Below, piece after piece: positions 1 to 10,424 of a stretch of DNA of 64,000 nt. Each line of letters begins with the position of its first letter. Within the stretch, counting starts at the first letter, position 1. The stretch spans positions 2,880,001 through 2,944,000 of the forward strand of contig OY970192.1 in NCBI GenBank assembly GCA_963708135.1, read 5' to 3'. The translations under genes and the position numbers were made by a program. The notes below the pieces were generated by a model. That model searched no databases and had not been told where the DNA came from. It saw only the letters and a program-made list of their open reading frames with translations. This DNA comes from an uncultured Gemmatimonadales bacterium (lineage in GTDB: Bacteria > Gemmatimonadota > Gemmatimonadetes > Longimicrobiales > RSA9).

Positions 1-643
1 CATCGCCGGACGGGTTCAGCGCGGGCGCGAAGGTGAGCAGCACCGGCCGGCCGCCGTTGCGGTAGATCCAGACCTCGCCATCGTGGGGGCGGCACGGCAC
101 GATCTCGTCCGGCTCGCCGTAGCGGATGAGCGCGAGCCCGCGGTCGTCGATGTGGACCTCGTGGCGCACGTAGCGCTCGGCGTCGCGCCCGGGGGGCGGC
201 GTGACCGCCCGGGCGGCGAAGCCGGTCACCCACATGAGCCCGCCCGCCTGCTGGCGTGGCGCCACCATCATCCGGTCGGGCCGGCCGTACCAGCGCTCGG
301 CCTTTCGCACGCGACGGATGTGCTCGGCCCGGCGGGCTTCGGGCGGAAGCGTCGCCTGCGCGGCACGGCGGCTCCAGAAGCGGCGGAGGAATGCGCGCCT
401 TGCGGCGACATCCGAGAGCGCGAACCAGCGCGCGGCCTCGGTGCTGTCGGCCAGGTAGCGGAGCCCCGTCCAGGCGCTGTCGGGGGGGAGCGTGCTCTCC
501 CGGTCGAGGGAGCGGAGGTAGGCGGCGCACGCGGCGGTGGCGCGGCTGCCGCATGCCGCGGCCGCGGGAGCCTGGGCGGAGAGGGGGGCCGCCCCGCACA
601 TGAGAAGCAGCGCGGCGACGACGCGGGGGGAAGGCGGCGCCAA
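1..643 (-). CDS. GWxTD-like domain exported protein, runs off the left edge (absent from the ORF track)
   Basis: Manual translation from TTG 643 (GAGG upstream): signal-like VVAALLLMCGAAPLSAQ, then LRYLA..E...AFLRRFW...AEHIRRV..A..W and DDRGLALIRYGEPD...EVWIY, the GWxTD-family pattern. Confidence 0.7.
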   Translation of the reverse strand, partial: MAPPSPRVVAALLLMCGAAPLSAQAPAAAACGSRATAACAAYLRSLDRESTLPPDSAWTGLRYLADSTEAARWFALSDVAARRAFLRRFWSRRAAQATLPPEARRAEHIRRVRKAERWYGRPDRMMVAPRQQAGGLMWVTGFAARAVTPPPGRDAERYVRHEVHIDDRGLALIRYGEPDEIVPCRPHDGEVWIYRNGGRPVLLTFAPALNPSGD

Positions 644-879
644 GCGTGACCTCGAGGTCGGTGGGCCGGCTGTCGCCGGACCGTACCCATTAAATCTAGG
701 AACGGCGCCTCTTGCGGCAACCGAAGCGGCGTGCCGCGGGGCGTGCGACCGGGCGCCACGCACGCCGCGCCGGGGGGGGCGCGCGTCCGGCGCCTTGACA
801 GCGCGGCCGGCTCCCTCCTAACTCTCGGCGTACCGCGGGGCGCGCATCCGCGGCCCCCCAGGCATATCGGAGGTACCGG

Positions 880-1714
880 ATGTCCTCGCCCACCGCACTG
901 CTCGCGCTCTGCCTCTCGCTTCTCGCGCTGCCGGCCATGGCGGATGGGCCGCTGCCGCCCTCGCGGGCGGAGCCGGCCGGCCCGCCGGCGCCCGTGCACG
1001 TGTGGGGAGGGGCCCGGCCGCTCCGCGGCGACAGCGCCCGCAAGACGGTGGCGGTGCTCAACTTCGACAACAACTCCGGGGACAGCCACTACGATCCGCT
1101 CGGCAAGGGGATCGCGGACATGATGATCTCGGACCTGTCGAGCGTGCAGCAGATCCAGCTGGTGGAGCGCGAGCACCTCGCCGACCTGACGCACGAGATG
1201 GAGGTGCAGCACTCGCGCTTCTTCGACCAGAGCACGGCCGCGAAGGCGGGAAAGCTGGTGGGCGCGCAGTACGTCGTCGCCGGCGCGATCCTGGCGCTCG
1301 ACCCGAAGATCCGGCTGGACACGCGCGTGATCCAGGTCGAGACGGGCGAGGTCGTGAAGGCGGCGGAGGTGACCGGCGATCAGAAGGACCTCTTCGATCT
1401 CCAGCAGCGGCTGGCGCACCAGCTCATCAAGGGGCTGGGGGTGGCGCTCTCGCCCGAGGACTCGGCGCGGCTGCGCAAGCAGCAGGAGGCGGACCGGCTC
1501 GAAGACGCTGGACGACGAGCTACGTCTCTCGGAGGCGCTCGACCTCTTCGATCGGAAGATGTACACGGAGGCCGCCGAGAAGGCGCTGCCGCTGGTCCAC
1601 GAGAACCCCGACAACCAGCTGCTCCAGGCCACCTACAAGGTCATGGAGGACCGCGCCAAGGACGACGCCAAGAACAAGCTCAAGAAGAAGCTGAAGGGGC
1701 TGTTCCATCATTAG
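880..1714 (+). CDS. CsgG/HfaB/FlgO-like periplasmic protein with helical C-terminus; apparent +1 frameshift near 1507
   Basis: Signal peptide; VAVLNFDN..G..YDPLGKGIADMMISDL..LVERE..GKLVGAQYVVAG..RVIQVETGEV. Codon-biased frame resumes as LDDELRLSEALDLFDRK...KKKLKGLFHH-TAG(1712-1714). Confidence 0.7.
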
Positions 1715-1785
1715 GGATCAGGCTTCGGGATTCGCGATTTCGGGATCCGGGATTCGGGGTTCGAGAGTCGGGGTTCGGGGTTCCT
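1715..1785. repeat. Degenerate heptamer tandem array (GATTCGG/GGTTCGG); a related C-rich array (CCGCATC/CCGAGCC) lies at about 1870-1912
   Basis: Seen directly, between convergent genes. Confidence 0.75.
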
Positions 1786-1792
1786 GGACGCG

Positions 1793-3345
1793 TCACTCGC
1801 GCTCTCCGGCGGCAGCGTGTCGCCACGCAGCAGGGACAGGCCCGCGGCGACCCCGGCCGCGTCGAAGTGGGCATTCCGCATCCCGCATCCCGAGCCCGTA
1901 GCCTAGCCCCCTACCTCCCCCTCTCCGCTCCACGCTCTCGCCCAGCAGCTCGAACACGCCCTCCTCCTCCAGCACCCGCTGCCCGAGCCGCTGGGTCGAG
2001 ATGCCGGGGCGCAGCGTGAAGTCGTAGTCGAGGCGGCCGGCGCGCTCGGCGGCGTCGAAGCGGGCGCAGCGGACGCGCCCCGTCGCCTGGAGCGGCTCGG
2101 CGACCTCGATGAGGTGGGAGGAGACGAGGAAGAGGCTGTCCCGGGCGGCCGAGAGGCGGTCGAAGATGGTGAGGGAGGCGTCCAGCGCGTCCTTGACGTT
2201 GGTGCCCTTGAAAGGCTCATCGAGGAAGGCGACGACGCGGCGTCCATCCGCCAGCGCCTGCGCGACCTCGCGGACCCGGAGCGCCTCGGCGCGGAAGAAG
2301 CTGACGCCCTGGCGGACGTTGTCCACGAGGGTGATGGCGGTGAAGAGGTCGTCGCAGGGGGAGAAGCGGAACGAGCGGGCGGGCACGCCCATGCCGACGT
2401 GCGCCAGGTAGAGGGCGATGCCGCAGGCGCGCAGGTACGTCGTCTTGCCGGCCATGTTCGGCCCGGTCAGGAACAGCAGCCGCTGCTCCTGGTCGAGGTG
2501 CAGCGGGTTGGCCACGGGACGCTCGAGGAACGGGTGGTAGACGCTCTCGGCGGAGAGGGCGAGGGGGCCGTCGCAGACCTCGGGCAGGACGAAGCGCATG
2601 TCGGCCGTGGCCTCGGCCATCGACGTGATGGCGTCCATCTCGAAGATGAGCAGCATGAGCCGCTCGATCGTGGCGCGCTCCTCGTGGCGCAGCACGCGGT
2701 CGATGCGGAGCAGGCGCCACCAGGGCGGGTCGCCGCGGTCCTCGGGCGGCAGCACGTCGAGGCCCGGCCGGGCGACGAGCTCGCGGGTCTCGCGGACGAG
2801 CGCGCCCAGCTCGCCCGGCGGGTCGGCGAGCTCGGGGTGGCGGACGAGCATGCGGAGCATGGAGACCATGCGCGCGGTGCGTCGCATCCCGACCACGGTG
2901 CGGCGGTGCGACTTGGGATCCCAGAAGCGCAGCTCGAAGCCGTCGAGCACGGCCGTGAGCCGGCTCGCGGTGTCGGGGAAGGGCAGGTTCGAGTGCACGT
3001 ACTCCGCCACCGCGACGAGCAGCCCCTCGCCCGGCAGCGCGTTCATGGCGGCGGGGTGGGCGGCAAGGTGCGCGACAGACGCCTGCACGGTGCGGATCCG
3101 GGCGGGGTCGGAGAGCGGGCGCTGAAACCGCGCCCTCAGCACCTTGGTGCCGCCCTTGGTGCGGGTGCGGTCGAGGAGCTCGAAGAGACCGGCGGCGCCG
3201 TCCTGGCCCTGGAAGATCTCGAGGTCGCGGAGCGTCTGGTCGTCCAGCCGGAGGATCCCCGGCTCGGGGGCGCCTCGGCGGCATCGGCCTCGCGGCGCTC
3301 CCCGGGCGGACGCCGGAGCGGCAGGCTGAGGAACGGCAGGGGCAC
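1793..3345 (-). CDS. MutS-related ATPase (domain V type, no mismatch-recognition domain); probable frameshift near 3267; both ends uncertain
   Basis: GPNMAGKTT Walker A, SFFRAE, LDEPFKGTN, SSH. Frame stays open upstream of 3142 (LDDQTLRDLEIF...LDRTRTKGG) but needs one more base in a C5 run to reach GTG 3345. Confidence 0.8.
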
Positions 3346-3537
3346 CTCCGGCGCAGGGGGAGAGGGTCGGGAACCGGAAGATTCGGGGCGGGCGGCGGGC
3401 GGGTCAAGGGAGGGTCACGGGCACGCATGCGCTCACGCAGCCGGCGGGACGGGGATGCCCGCCGCTCGCGAATGCCCGCGCATGCGTACCCGCTACCGGG
3501 GACATGGCGCCAGGAGCCCGGGTCCCGACGCCCGAGC

Positions 3538-3885
3538 TCAGTCGCCGCGCGCGCTGCCGGCCGTCTCGCCGCGCGTCCACTCGGAGCTGTCGTCCTCGTC
3601 GGCGGTGCTGCGGCTGACCAGCTTGTTGAAGTTGCTCTTCACCCCCTCCGACGTGGTCTCCTGGTACAGCAGCACGAGATCGCTGCCATCGAACTTCTCG
3701 AACCACTCCTCCCAGGGGATGCGCTCGAGGCTCTTCTCGCCGCTGTAGTCGGGGAAGTCGAGGCGGATGATCCCGGCGTCGTCCTCGGTATGGGTGGACT
3801 TGACGGTGGCGAGCCAGCCGCCGCGGTCTTCGGTCCACTGCCGGATGCGGTCGTGGTCGGTGGTCTTGAAGCGTTCGCCTGCCAT
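3538..3885 (-). CDS. Conserved small hypothetical protein (TTDHD.IR.W.E.RGG...RLDFP...WEEWFEKF type), 115 aa
   Basis: ATG 3885 with GGAGGA RBS; strong codon bias; recognisable conserved motifs. Confidence 0.85.
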   Translation of the reverse strand: MAGERFKTTDHDRIRQWTEDRGGWLATVKSTHTEDDAGIIRLDFPDYSGEKSLERIPWEEWFEKFDGSDLVLLYQETTSEGVKSNFNKLVSRSTADEDDSSEWTRGETAGSARGD

Positions 3886-3940
3886 GCTTGGATCCTCCTG
3901 CTCTATGTCACGGCGCCACATGCTGTTATGGGAGTGACAC

Positions 3941-3956
3941 TGCAAGCCCCCTGCCG
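3941..3956 (-). promoter_or_regulatory. Candidate sigma54 -24/-12 promoter (CGGCAGGGGGCTTGCA)
   Basis: GG-N10-GC with TTGC, 55 nt upstream of the 3885 start. Confidence 0.4.
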
Positions 3957-3961
3957 CAATC

Positions 3962-4186
3962 GAGCGGGGGAGAGCGGGGGAGCGGCGGGCTTCCTGGCGG
4001 ACCGACCTGACCGGGCGCGGTGAGCGTCGCGGCGCGCGGGTGCTCCGGCGGGGAGGGGCGGGGGCGGGCCCGCGCGCCTGAACGCGACGCGTCGCAGCCG
4101 CCGCGCGCCCGGCCCGGCTCTCGGGCCCGGCAGGTAACGGGCGCCATGCGGCTTCCCCGGCCCCCGCTCGCCCACTCGCCCACTCT
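3962..4186 (-). repeat. GGGRGAGT-ended intergenic element, diverged copy
   Basis: Inverted octamer termini; shares GCCGGGCCCGAGAGC and CCGCGCCCGG..GCCCGCCGC blocks with other copies. Confidence 0.65.
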
Positions 4187-4338
4187 GGAAGGGGATCCGG
4201 GAGAGCGGGGCCGTGCCGGGCGCATTGCGCGGGACTTCTCGGACGCGGAAGATGTTGGCGCGGGTGGCGGCGGTACCAACCCTCGGCGGGCTCGGTCTGT
4301 CGAAGGAGGGGGAGGTCTTCACAGATCCGGAGCGAGCC

Positions 4339-6753
4339 ATGGATGCCGTGCTGCAGGATCTGCGCTACGCGCTGCGCCAGATCCGGCGCGCGCCGGCGTT
4401 CGCGTTCTTCATCGTGGCGACGCTGGCGATCGGGATCGGGGCGAACACGACGATCTTCGGGGTGATCGACGCGCTCGTGCTGAATCCCCTGCCCTACCCG
4501 CACCCGGAGCGGCTGGTGAAGCTGTCGGGGGCGTACGTCGGGCGGGGGGACAGCTGGTCGGTGTCCTACCCGAACGCCGCGGACTGGCGGGCCATGAGCC
4601 ACTCCTTCCAGGACGTGGCGTGGTTGCAGGGTGGAAGCTACACGCTGGCCGGGGAAGGGCGGCCGGAGCGGGTACGCGGCAGCCGGGCCTCGTGGAACCT
4701 CTTCTCGCTGCTGGGCGTCCGCCCCGCGCTCGGGCGGACCTACACACAGGCGGAGGACGCGCCGGGCGCGGAGCGTGTGGTGGTGCTGGGCTGGGGGCTC
4801 TGGCAGCGGCGCTTCGGCGGGCAGGCGGGCGTGATCGGGCGCACCCTCATGCTGTCCGGCGATTCGTACACGGTGATCGGCGTCATGCCGGAGAAGTTCT
4901 CGTTCCCGGATGCCGGGCTCGAGGTCTACGTCCCGCTGCGGGTGGACGGGAGCACATGGCCCCGCTCGAACGGCGGGCTCCAGGTGATCGGCCGGCTGCG
5001 TCCGGCCGCCACGCTGGCGGGCGCGCAGCGGGAGATGGACGCGCTGTCGGCGCGCCTCGAGCGGGAGTACCCGGACGCCGACCGGCAGCTGAGCGCGAAG
5101 CTGACATTGCTGCGGGAGGCGATGTACGGCGGGCAGACGGCGCGGCTGCTCCTGTGGACGCTGCTGGCCGCGGTGGGGCTGGTGCTGCTGATCGCCTGCG
5201 TGAACGTGGCCAACCTGCTGCTCGCGCGGGCAACCACGCGGGAGCGCGAGGTGGCGGTGCGCGCGGCGCTCGGAGCCGGCGGCTGGCGGGTACTGCGGCA
5301 GTTCATGACCGAGAGCCTCGTGCTGGCGGCGCTCGGCGGCGCGGGAGGCGTGCTCGTCTCGCTGTGGGGCACGCGCCTCTTCGCCTCGGCCATTCCCGCG
5401 GATGCGGGGGTGCCGACGGACTTCGGGCTGAACCCGGTCGTGCTGGCCTTCACGGTGGGGCTCGCGCTGCTGACGGGGCTTGTGTTCGGCGCGCTGCCGG
5501 CGCTGCATGCGGCGCGTCCCGACCTGGCGCAGCTCATCGGCGGGCGCTCGGGTCAGGCCAGCCGCAGCCGCGGGCGGCGCCGCGCGGCGCTGGTCGTGGC
5601 GGAGGTGGCGCTCGCGGCCGTGCTGCTCGTCTCCGCGGGGCTGGTCGTGCGCAGCCTCTCGGCCCTGATGTCCCGGAGCCCCGGCTTCGATATCCGGGGC
5701 CTGCTCACCCTGCGGGTCTCCGCCGGCGCCCGCTACGACACGCGCGAGAAGATCGGCGCCTACCGGCAGGCGCTCCTCGAGCGGCTGCGCGCCGTCCCCG
5801 GGGTGGACGCCGCGGGCGGGACGGACTTCATGCCGCTCGCCGGCACGAACAACTACGGCGACTTCCAGATCGAGGGCCGCGCGGCGCCGGAACCGCTGCA
5901 CGCGGGCACCATCGCCTTCACGCCCGGCTACCTCGAGGCGATGGGGATCCCCATCCTGCGCGGCCGCGACATCGACGCGCGCGACGCCGGCGACAGCCCC
6001 AATGTCGTGCTGATCAACCGCACCGCGGCGCGCGCCTTCTTCGGCGCGGAGAACCCGATCGGCAGGCGCCTGCACATGATGTACGACGGCGACTCCATCC
6101 GCTGGCGCACCATCGCCGGCGTGATCGGCGATGTCCGCTTCAGCGGCCTCGATGACCCGCCCCGCCCCGAGATCTACCTGCCGGTCGCGCAGCTGCCGTG
6201 GGCCAACCCGTCGATGACGTTCGTTCTGCGCACCACGCACGACCCGCTGGCGCTGGTCTCCCCGGCCGAGCGCGCCATCTGGGGCCTCGACCCCGCTCAG
6301 GCCGTCTACGACGTGCGCACCATGCAGCGGCTGGTGCACGAGTCCACGGCGGTGCTCGTCGCCCGCATCCTGGCCGGCGCGCTCACCCTCTTTGGCGCGA
6401 TCGCGCTGCTGCTCGCGGCGCTCGGCCTCTACGGCGTGATCTCCTACAACGTGGCGCAGCGGACCTACGAGATCGGCGTGCGCAGCGCGCTCGGGGCGAG
6501 CCGCGCCGACGTGCTGCGGCTCGTGCTCGGCCAGGGCATGACACTCGTCGCCATCGGACTCGGCATCGGCGTGCTCGGCGCCCTCGGCGCCACGCGCGTG
6601 CTGCGCCGTCTCCTCTACGGCGTGAGCGCGACCGATCCGCTGACCTTCACGGCGACGGCGCTCGTGCTCGCCGCCGTGGCGCTCCTCGCCACCTGGCTGC
6701 CCGCCCGGCGCGCGGCGAGGATCGAGCCGGTCATGGCGCTGCGGACGGAGTGA
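4339..6753 (+). CDS. ABC transporter permease, duplicated MacB/FtsX (ADOP-type), no adjacent ATPase
   Basis: QDLRYALR..TLAIGIGANTTIF; LLIACVNVANLLLAR..REVAVRAALGA; GLYGVISY.V.QRT.EIGVR.ALGA; PARRAARIEP.MALRTE. Confidence 0.93.
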   Translation: MDAVLQDLRYALRQIRRAPAFAFFIVATLAIGIGANTTIFGVIDALVLNPLPYPHPERLVKLSGAYVGRGDSWSVSYPNAADWRAMSHSFQDVAWLQGGSYTLAGEGRPERVRGSRASWNLFSLLGVRPALGRTYTQAEDAPGAERVVVLGWGLWQRRFGGQAGVIGRTLMLSGDSYTVIGVMPEKFSFPDAGLEVYVPLRVDGSTWPRSNGGLQVIGRLRPAATLAGAQREMDALSARLEREYPDADRQLSAKLTLLREAMYGGQTARLLLWTLLAAVGLVLLIACVNVANLLLARATTREREVAVRAALGAGGWRVLRQFMTESLVLAALGGAGGVLVSLWGTRLFASAIPADAGVPTDFGLNPVVLAFTVGLALLTGLVFGALPALHAARPDLAQLIGGRSGQASRSRGRRRAALVVAEVALAAVLLVSAGLVVRSLSALMSRSPGFDIRGLLTLRVSAGARYDTREKIGAYRQALLERLRAVPGVDAAGGTDFMPLAGTNNYGDFQIEGRAAPEPLHAGTIAFTPGYLEAMGIPILRGRDIDARDAGDSPNVVLINRTAARAFFGAENPIGRRLHMMYDGDSIRWRTIAGVIGDVRFSGLDDPPRPEIYLPVAQLPWANPSMTFVLRTTHDPLALVSPAERAIWGLDPAQAVYDVRTMQRLVHESTAVLVARILAGALTLFGAIALLLAALGLYGVISYNVAQRTYEIGVRSALGASRADVLRLVLGQGMTLVAIGLGIGVLGALGATRVLRRLLYGVSATDPLTFTATALVLAAVALLATWLPARRAARIEPVMALRTE

Positions 6754-6754
6754 G

Positions 6755-6833
6755 GGACCCGGACGCGGGATGCGGGACGCGGGATGCGCCACGCGGGATG
6801 CGCATCCCGAGCCCCGAGCCCCGAGCCCCGAGC
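6755..6833. repeat. Heptamer arrays (GGAYGCG)n followed by CATCCCG and (AGCCCCG)n between convergent genes; terminator-like
   Basis: Seen directly; includes the palindrome CGGGATGCGCATCCCG. Confidence 0.75.
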
Positions 6834-6836
6834 TGC

Positions 6837-7817
6837 CTACTTCACCCGGTACCTCGCCATGACCGGATAGTGATCGCTCGTCGTCTCGCCGTAGTCCGCA
6901 ATGTAGCGGTCGGCGCGGAAGACCTCGGCGGAGCCGGGCACGTAGTCGGCGAACATCTCGTTCGAGTCGAGCTGGTGGTCGATCACGTCCGGGTACTTCA
7001 CGGTGGAGCCAATGTGGGCGGCGGAGATGGCGGCAGTGGGAAAGCGGTAGTCGGCGCTGTCCTCGACGAAGCTCCGGTACGGCGACGGCGCACCCTGGTG
7101 GATCGAGGCGTCCACGTCATCGTTGAAGTCTCCAATGACGAGTACCTTCGCGGTCGGCCACGTGGCACCGAGGTACCGCTCGAGCGCGGCCGCGGCGGTG
7201 TCCCGGCGGGCGAGGCTCCCGGCGTCGGCGCCGGCCTTGGCGTGCTGGACGATGACGATGAGCGGCTCGCTCCTGCCGCCGATCGACACGTGCAGGTGGA
7301 ACTCGACGGGAGGCCGGCCGGCGAACGCGTGGTCGTAGGCGCCCAGGATCACGCGCGCGCTGTCCAGCGTGACCTCGTCCGTGCGCCATACCAGCGCGAC
7401 CTTCTGCTCCTTGTCGCCGAAGCCGCTGTAGTAGGCGGGCCCGCTGCGCACGCGCGGGTCGTTGGCTAGCAGGCCTGCCCACGAGCCGGGCAGCGCCCCG
7501 ACCAGGCGACGGAACTGCGTCCGGTCCACCACCTCCTCGAGCCCCCACAGGTCGAGGTCCACCCCGCCCATGACGGTGGCGACGTTCCTCAGCTGCAGCG
7601 CCTCGTCCGTCGGGCCGTTCCCCGTGGCGCCGAACCAATCCAGGTTCCAGTTGCCGACGTCGAGCGTCGCGGCGGTGCCCTGCGCCGGGATCGGCCCCGC
7701 CTGCGCCGGAGGCGGCGGCGCGGGCGCCGCGTCGATGGAGGCTGCCGGGCCGCACGACGCGAGCCCCGCGATCGAGAGGAAGGCGCGGGCGAGCGCCCGC
7801 CCGTGTCGAGCCGTCAT
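6837..7817 (-). CDS. Endonuclease/exonuclease/phosphatase family lipoprotein
   Basis: Lipobox-like LASC; NWNL, LEEV, GDFND, IDH and SDHYPV motifs. Confidence 0.9.
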   Translation of the reverse strand: MTARHGRALARAFLSIAGLASCGPAASIDAAPAPPPPAQAGPIPAQGTAATLDVGNWNLDWFGATGNGPTDEALQLRNVATVMGGVDLDLWGLEEVVDRTQFRRLVGALPGSWAGLLANDPRVRSGPAYYSGFGDKEQKVALVWRTDEVTLDSARVILGAYDHAFAGRPPVEFHLHVSIGGRSEPLIVIVQHAKAGADAGSLARRDTAAAALERYLGATWPTAKVLVIGDFNDDVDASIHQGAPSPYRSFVEDSADYRFPTAAISAAHIGSTVKYPDVIDHQLDSNEMFADYVPGSAEVFRADRYIADYGETTSDHYPVMARYRVK

Positions 7818-7904
7818 CGGTGACCTGCCGCAAGGGTGAAGGGACACGGCCGGAGCGGAAGAGTTCCGGGCGGGTGTGAGTATACGGGTTGAGGGGCGCC
7901 GCGC

Positions 7905-9101
7905 CTAGCGCCGGGGCGTCCGGCGGCTCGAGACGTAGGCGAGCACCGCATCACGGACCCGGGCCGCGCCCAGCGCGATCTCGCGCAGGATCCCCGCTTT
8001 CGGCCGGGCGAAGCCCAGGAAGAAGAGGCCCGGCACGGCGCAGCCGCCATCGCCGGCGGGGTAGCCGGCGGCGTCGAGCACGCCCTCGGCCTCGAGGAGG
8101 GCGGGCAGGCCGCTGCGGTAGCCGGTGGCGAGGATCACGGCATCGAACGGGCGGACGGAGCCGTCGTCGAAGCGGACGGCGTCGGCGGAGAACCCGGTCG
8201 GGTTCGGCGCGAGCGCGATGTCGCCTGCGCGGATGCGAGCGACGGTGCCGACGTCGATGACAGGCAGCTTGCCGTAGCGCTCGATCTGGGTGATCGGACC
8301 GTAGGGCGGCGTGCGCAGCCCGATGTCCCGCAGGTCGCCGAGGACGCTGCGCGCGATGGCGCGGCCGACCAGGTCGCGGATGCGCGTGGGCAGCCGCCTC
8401 ATGCGGACGGCCGTGTCCTGGGTCGAGCGGCCGTGGAAGTCGCGCGGCACGATGTTCACGGGCCCGCGCACCGCCAGCGTGACCGGCACGCTCGCCTCGG
8501 CCAGGTCGAGCGCGATCTCGGCGCCGGTATTGCCCAACCCGACGACGAGCACGCGCCGGCCGAGGAATGGCGTCGGGTTGCGGTACTCGCGGGCGTGCAC
8601 GATCGTCCCGCCGAACGCGTGCTCTCCGGGCCAGTGCGGGATGTGCGGCTCGTGGTTGTAGCCGGTGGCGACCACGACCGCGGCGGCGCGCCGGAGGGTG
8701 CGCTCGCCCGACGTCGCACTCCTGCCCTCCACCTCCCAGAGCCCGTCCGCGGCGCGGCGCACCAGCGTTGCCTGCTCGCCGAAGCGGGGCCCCAGCCGGA
8801 AGTGTGCGGCGTAGCGCTCGAGGTACTCGACGAAGAGCGCGCGCGGCACGTACTGCGCCCAGCTCTCCGGGAACGGCATGAACGGCAGCGCGGAGTGGCG
8901 GCGGGCCGTGTGCAGGTGGAGCCGGTCGTAGTGGTTGTGCCACGCCCAGCCGACGGCGGGCCCGGCCTCGAGAATCTCGAAGTCCGCGTCGCTGCGGCGC
9001 AGGCAGGCGCCGAGGGCGAGGCCGGCCGGGCCGGCGCCGAGGATGAGGGTGTCCGTTGGCTCAGCTCGAAACGTAGGCGGCGTTCTCGTCGATGTAGCCA
9101 T
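7905..9101 (-). CDS. Class B flavin monooxygenase (YUCCA/FMO-like)
   Basis: GAGPAG, W..HYDRLHLHT, FGGTIVHAREY (FMO fingerprint), GLGNTG, ATGY; start overlaps the argJ end. Confidence 0.9.
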   Translation of the reverse strand: MATSTRTPPTFRAEPTDTLILGAGPAGLALGACLRRSDADFEILEAGPAVGWAWHNHYDRLHLHTARRHSALPFMPFPESWAQYVPRALFVEYLERYAAHFRLGPRFGEQATLVRRAADGLWEVEGRSATSGERTLRRAAAVVVATGYNHEPHIPHWPGEHAFGGTIVHAREYRNPTPFLGRRVLVVGLGNTGAEIALDLAEASVPVTLAVRGPVNIVPRDFHGRSTQDTAVRMRRLPTRIRDLVGRAIARSVLGDLRDIGLRTPPYGPITQIERYGKLPVIDVGTVARIRAGDIALAPNPTGFSADAVRFDDGSVRPFDAVILATGYRSGLPALLEAEGVLDAAGYPAGDGGCAVPGLFFLGFARPKAGILREIALGAARVRDAVLAYVSSRRTPRR

Positions 9102-10227
9102 GGGTCAGGTCGCAGCCGAACGCGGTGGCGCTTCCCTCCCCCGCGCCGAGGTCCACCGCGATGTCCACGGGGTCGCCGCGGAGCAGAGCGCGCAGTCTGG
9201 CCTCGTCGAAGTCCACCCCGCGGCCCTCCACGTACGCCGGTACGCCGTTCAGCCAGACGCCGAGGCGGGCGGGGTCGATCCGGCAGTCGAAACACTTGCC
9301 GACGGCCATGAGGATGCGGCCGAGGTTCGGGTCCGCGCCGAAGGCCATGGTCTTGACCAGCGGCGAGTTGACGAGGGACTTGGCGACGATCCGCGCCTCG
9401 CGCTCGTCCTTCGCGCCGGTCACCGTCGCGCGCAGCAGCTTGGTCGCGCCCTCCCCGTCGCGGCCGAGGATCTCGGCCATGCGGATGCAGGCGGCGGTGA
9501 GCACCTCCTGGAACGCCTCCTCCTCCACCGCGCCGGCCAGGCCGTTGGCCAGCATGGCGCAGGTGTCGGACGTGCTGGTGTCGCCGTCCACCGAGAGCAT
9601 GTTGAAGGACACGTGCACGGCGCGCCGCAGCATGCGGTCGAGCGCGTCCGCATCGAAGTCGGCGTCGGTGAAGATGTAGACGAGCATCGTCGCCATGTTC
9701 GGCTCGATCATGCCGGAGCCCTTGGCCACGATCGTGAGCGTCGCTCCAGCGACGGAGCACGAGAGCGCCTTGGGGTGAGTGTCGGTGGTCATGATGCCGA
9801 GCGCGCCCTCGAGCGGATCGTGCTGGAGCGCGTCGCGGGCACCGGCGAGCCCTGTCTCGATCCGGTCGATCGGCAGCGGCACGCCGATGACGCCGGTGGA
9901 GGACATGAGCACGAGGGACGGATCGATGCCGAGCTCCCGCGCCGCCGCCGCGCCCATGCGCCTCGCGCGCGCGATGCCCTCCTCGCCCGTGCCGACGTTG
10001 GAGACCTTCGAGTTTACGACAATGGCCTGTAGCCGGCCGGCGCGGATCAGCTCGCGGCCGACAACGACCGGCGCGCCGGGGACCCGGTTGCGGGTGAAGA
10101 CGGCCGCGGCCGCGGCCGGGACCTCGGAGTGGAAGAGCGCAAGGTCGCGGCCCTTCCGCTTCACGCCAATGTTGCGGCTCATGCAGGTGAAGCCCTTCGG
10201 CATCACGGCGGGATCGTGGTAGGTCAT
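9061..10227 (-). CDS. argJ: Ornithine acetyltransferase / glutamate N-acetyltransferase
   Basis: IMTTDT, KGSGMIEPNMATML, DGDTSTSDT, DGEGATK, SPLVKT, GCDLT.GYI.ENA.Y. Confidence 0.96.
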   Translation of the reverse strand: MTYHDPAVMPKGFTCMSRNIGVKRKGRDLALFHSEVPAAAAAVFTRNRVPGAPVVVGRELIRAGRLQAIVVNSKVSNVGTGEEGIARARRMGAAAARELGIDPSLVLMSSTGVIGVPLPIDRIETGLAGARDALQHDPLEGALGIMTTDTHPKALSCSVAGATLTIVAKGSGMIEPNMATMLVYIFTDADFDADALDRMLRRAVHVSFNMLSVDGDTSTSDTCAMLANGLAGAVEEEAFQEVLTAACIRMAEILGRDGEGATKLLRATVTGAKDEREARIVAKSLVNSPLVKTMAFGADPNLGRILMAVGKCFDCRIDPARLGVWLNGVPAYVEGRGVDFDEARLRALLRGDPVDIAVDLGAGEGSATAFGCDLTHGYIDENAAYVSS

Positions 10228-10424
10228 GGGGCGGGAAGATAAGCGAATCCGAATCCGAATCCAGGGGCGGCTTCCCCACCGGCGTCGATGCATGCAGGAC
10301 AATCTCGCCGCACAACGGTGGCGAGGGGACAGGGGGCGGCCGGATGCCCGCGCGACGGCTGCCGCCTTGTCCCCGGGTCCGCCGCACCGCACCTTCGCGT
10401 GAGGCCCCTCTCCACGTTCAAGCC

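Noticed and set aside
794..825. Sigma70 promoter (TTGACA) upstream of the CsgG-like gene
   Set aside because: No properly spaced TAnnnT -10 element
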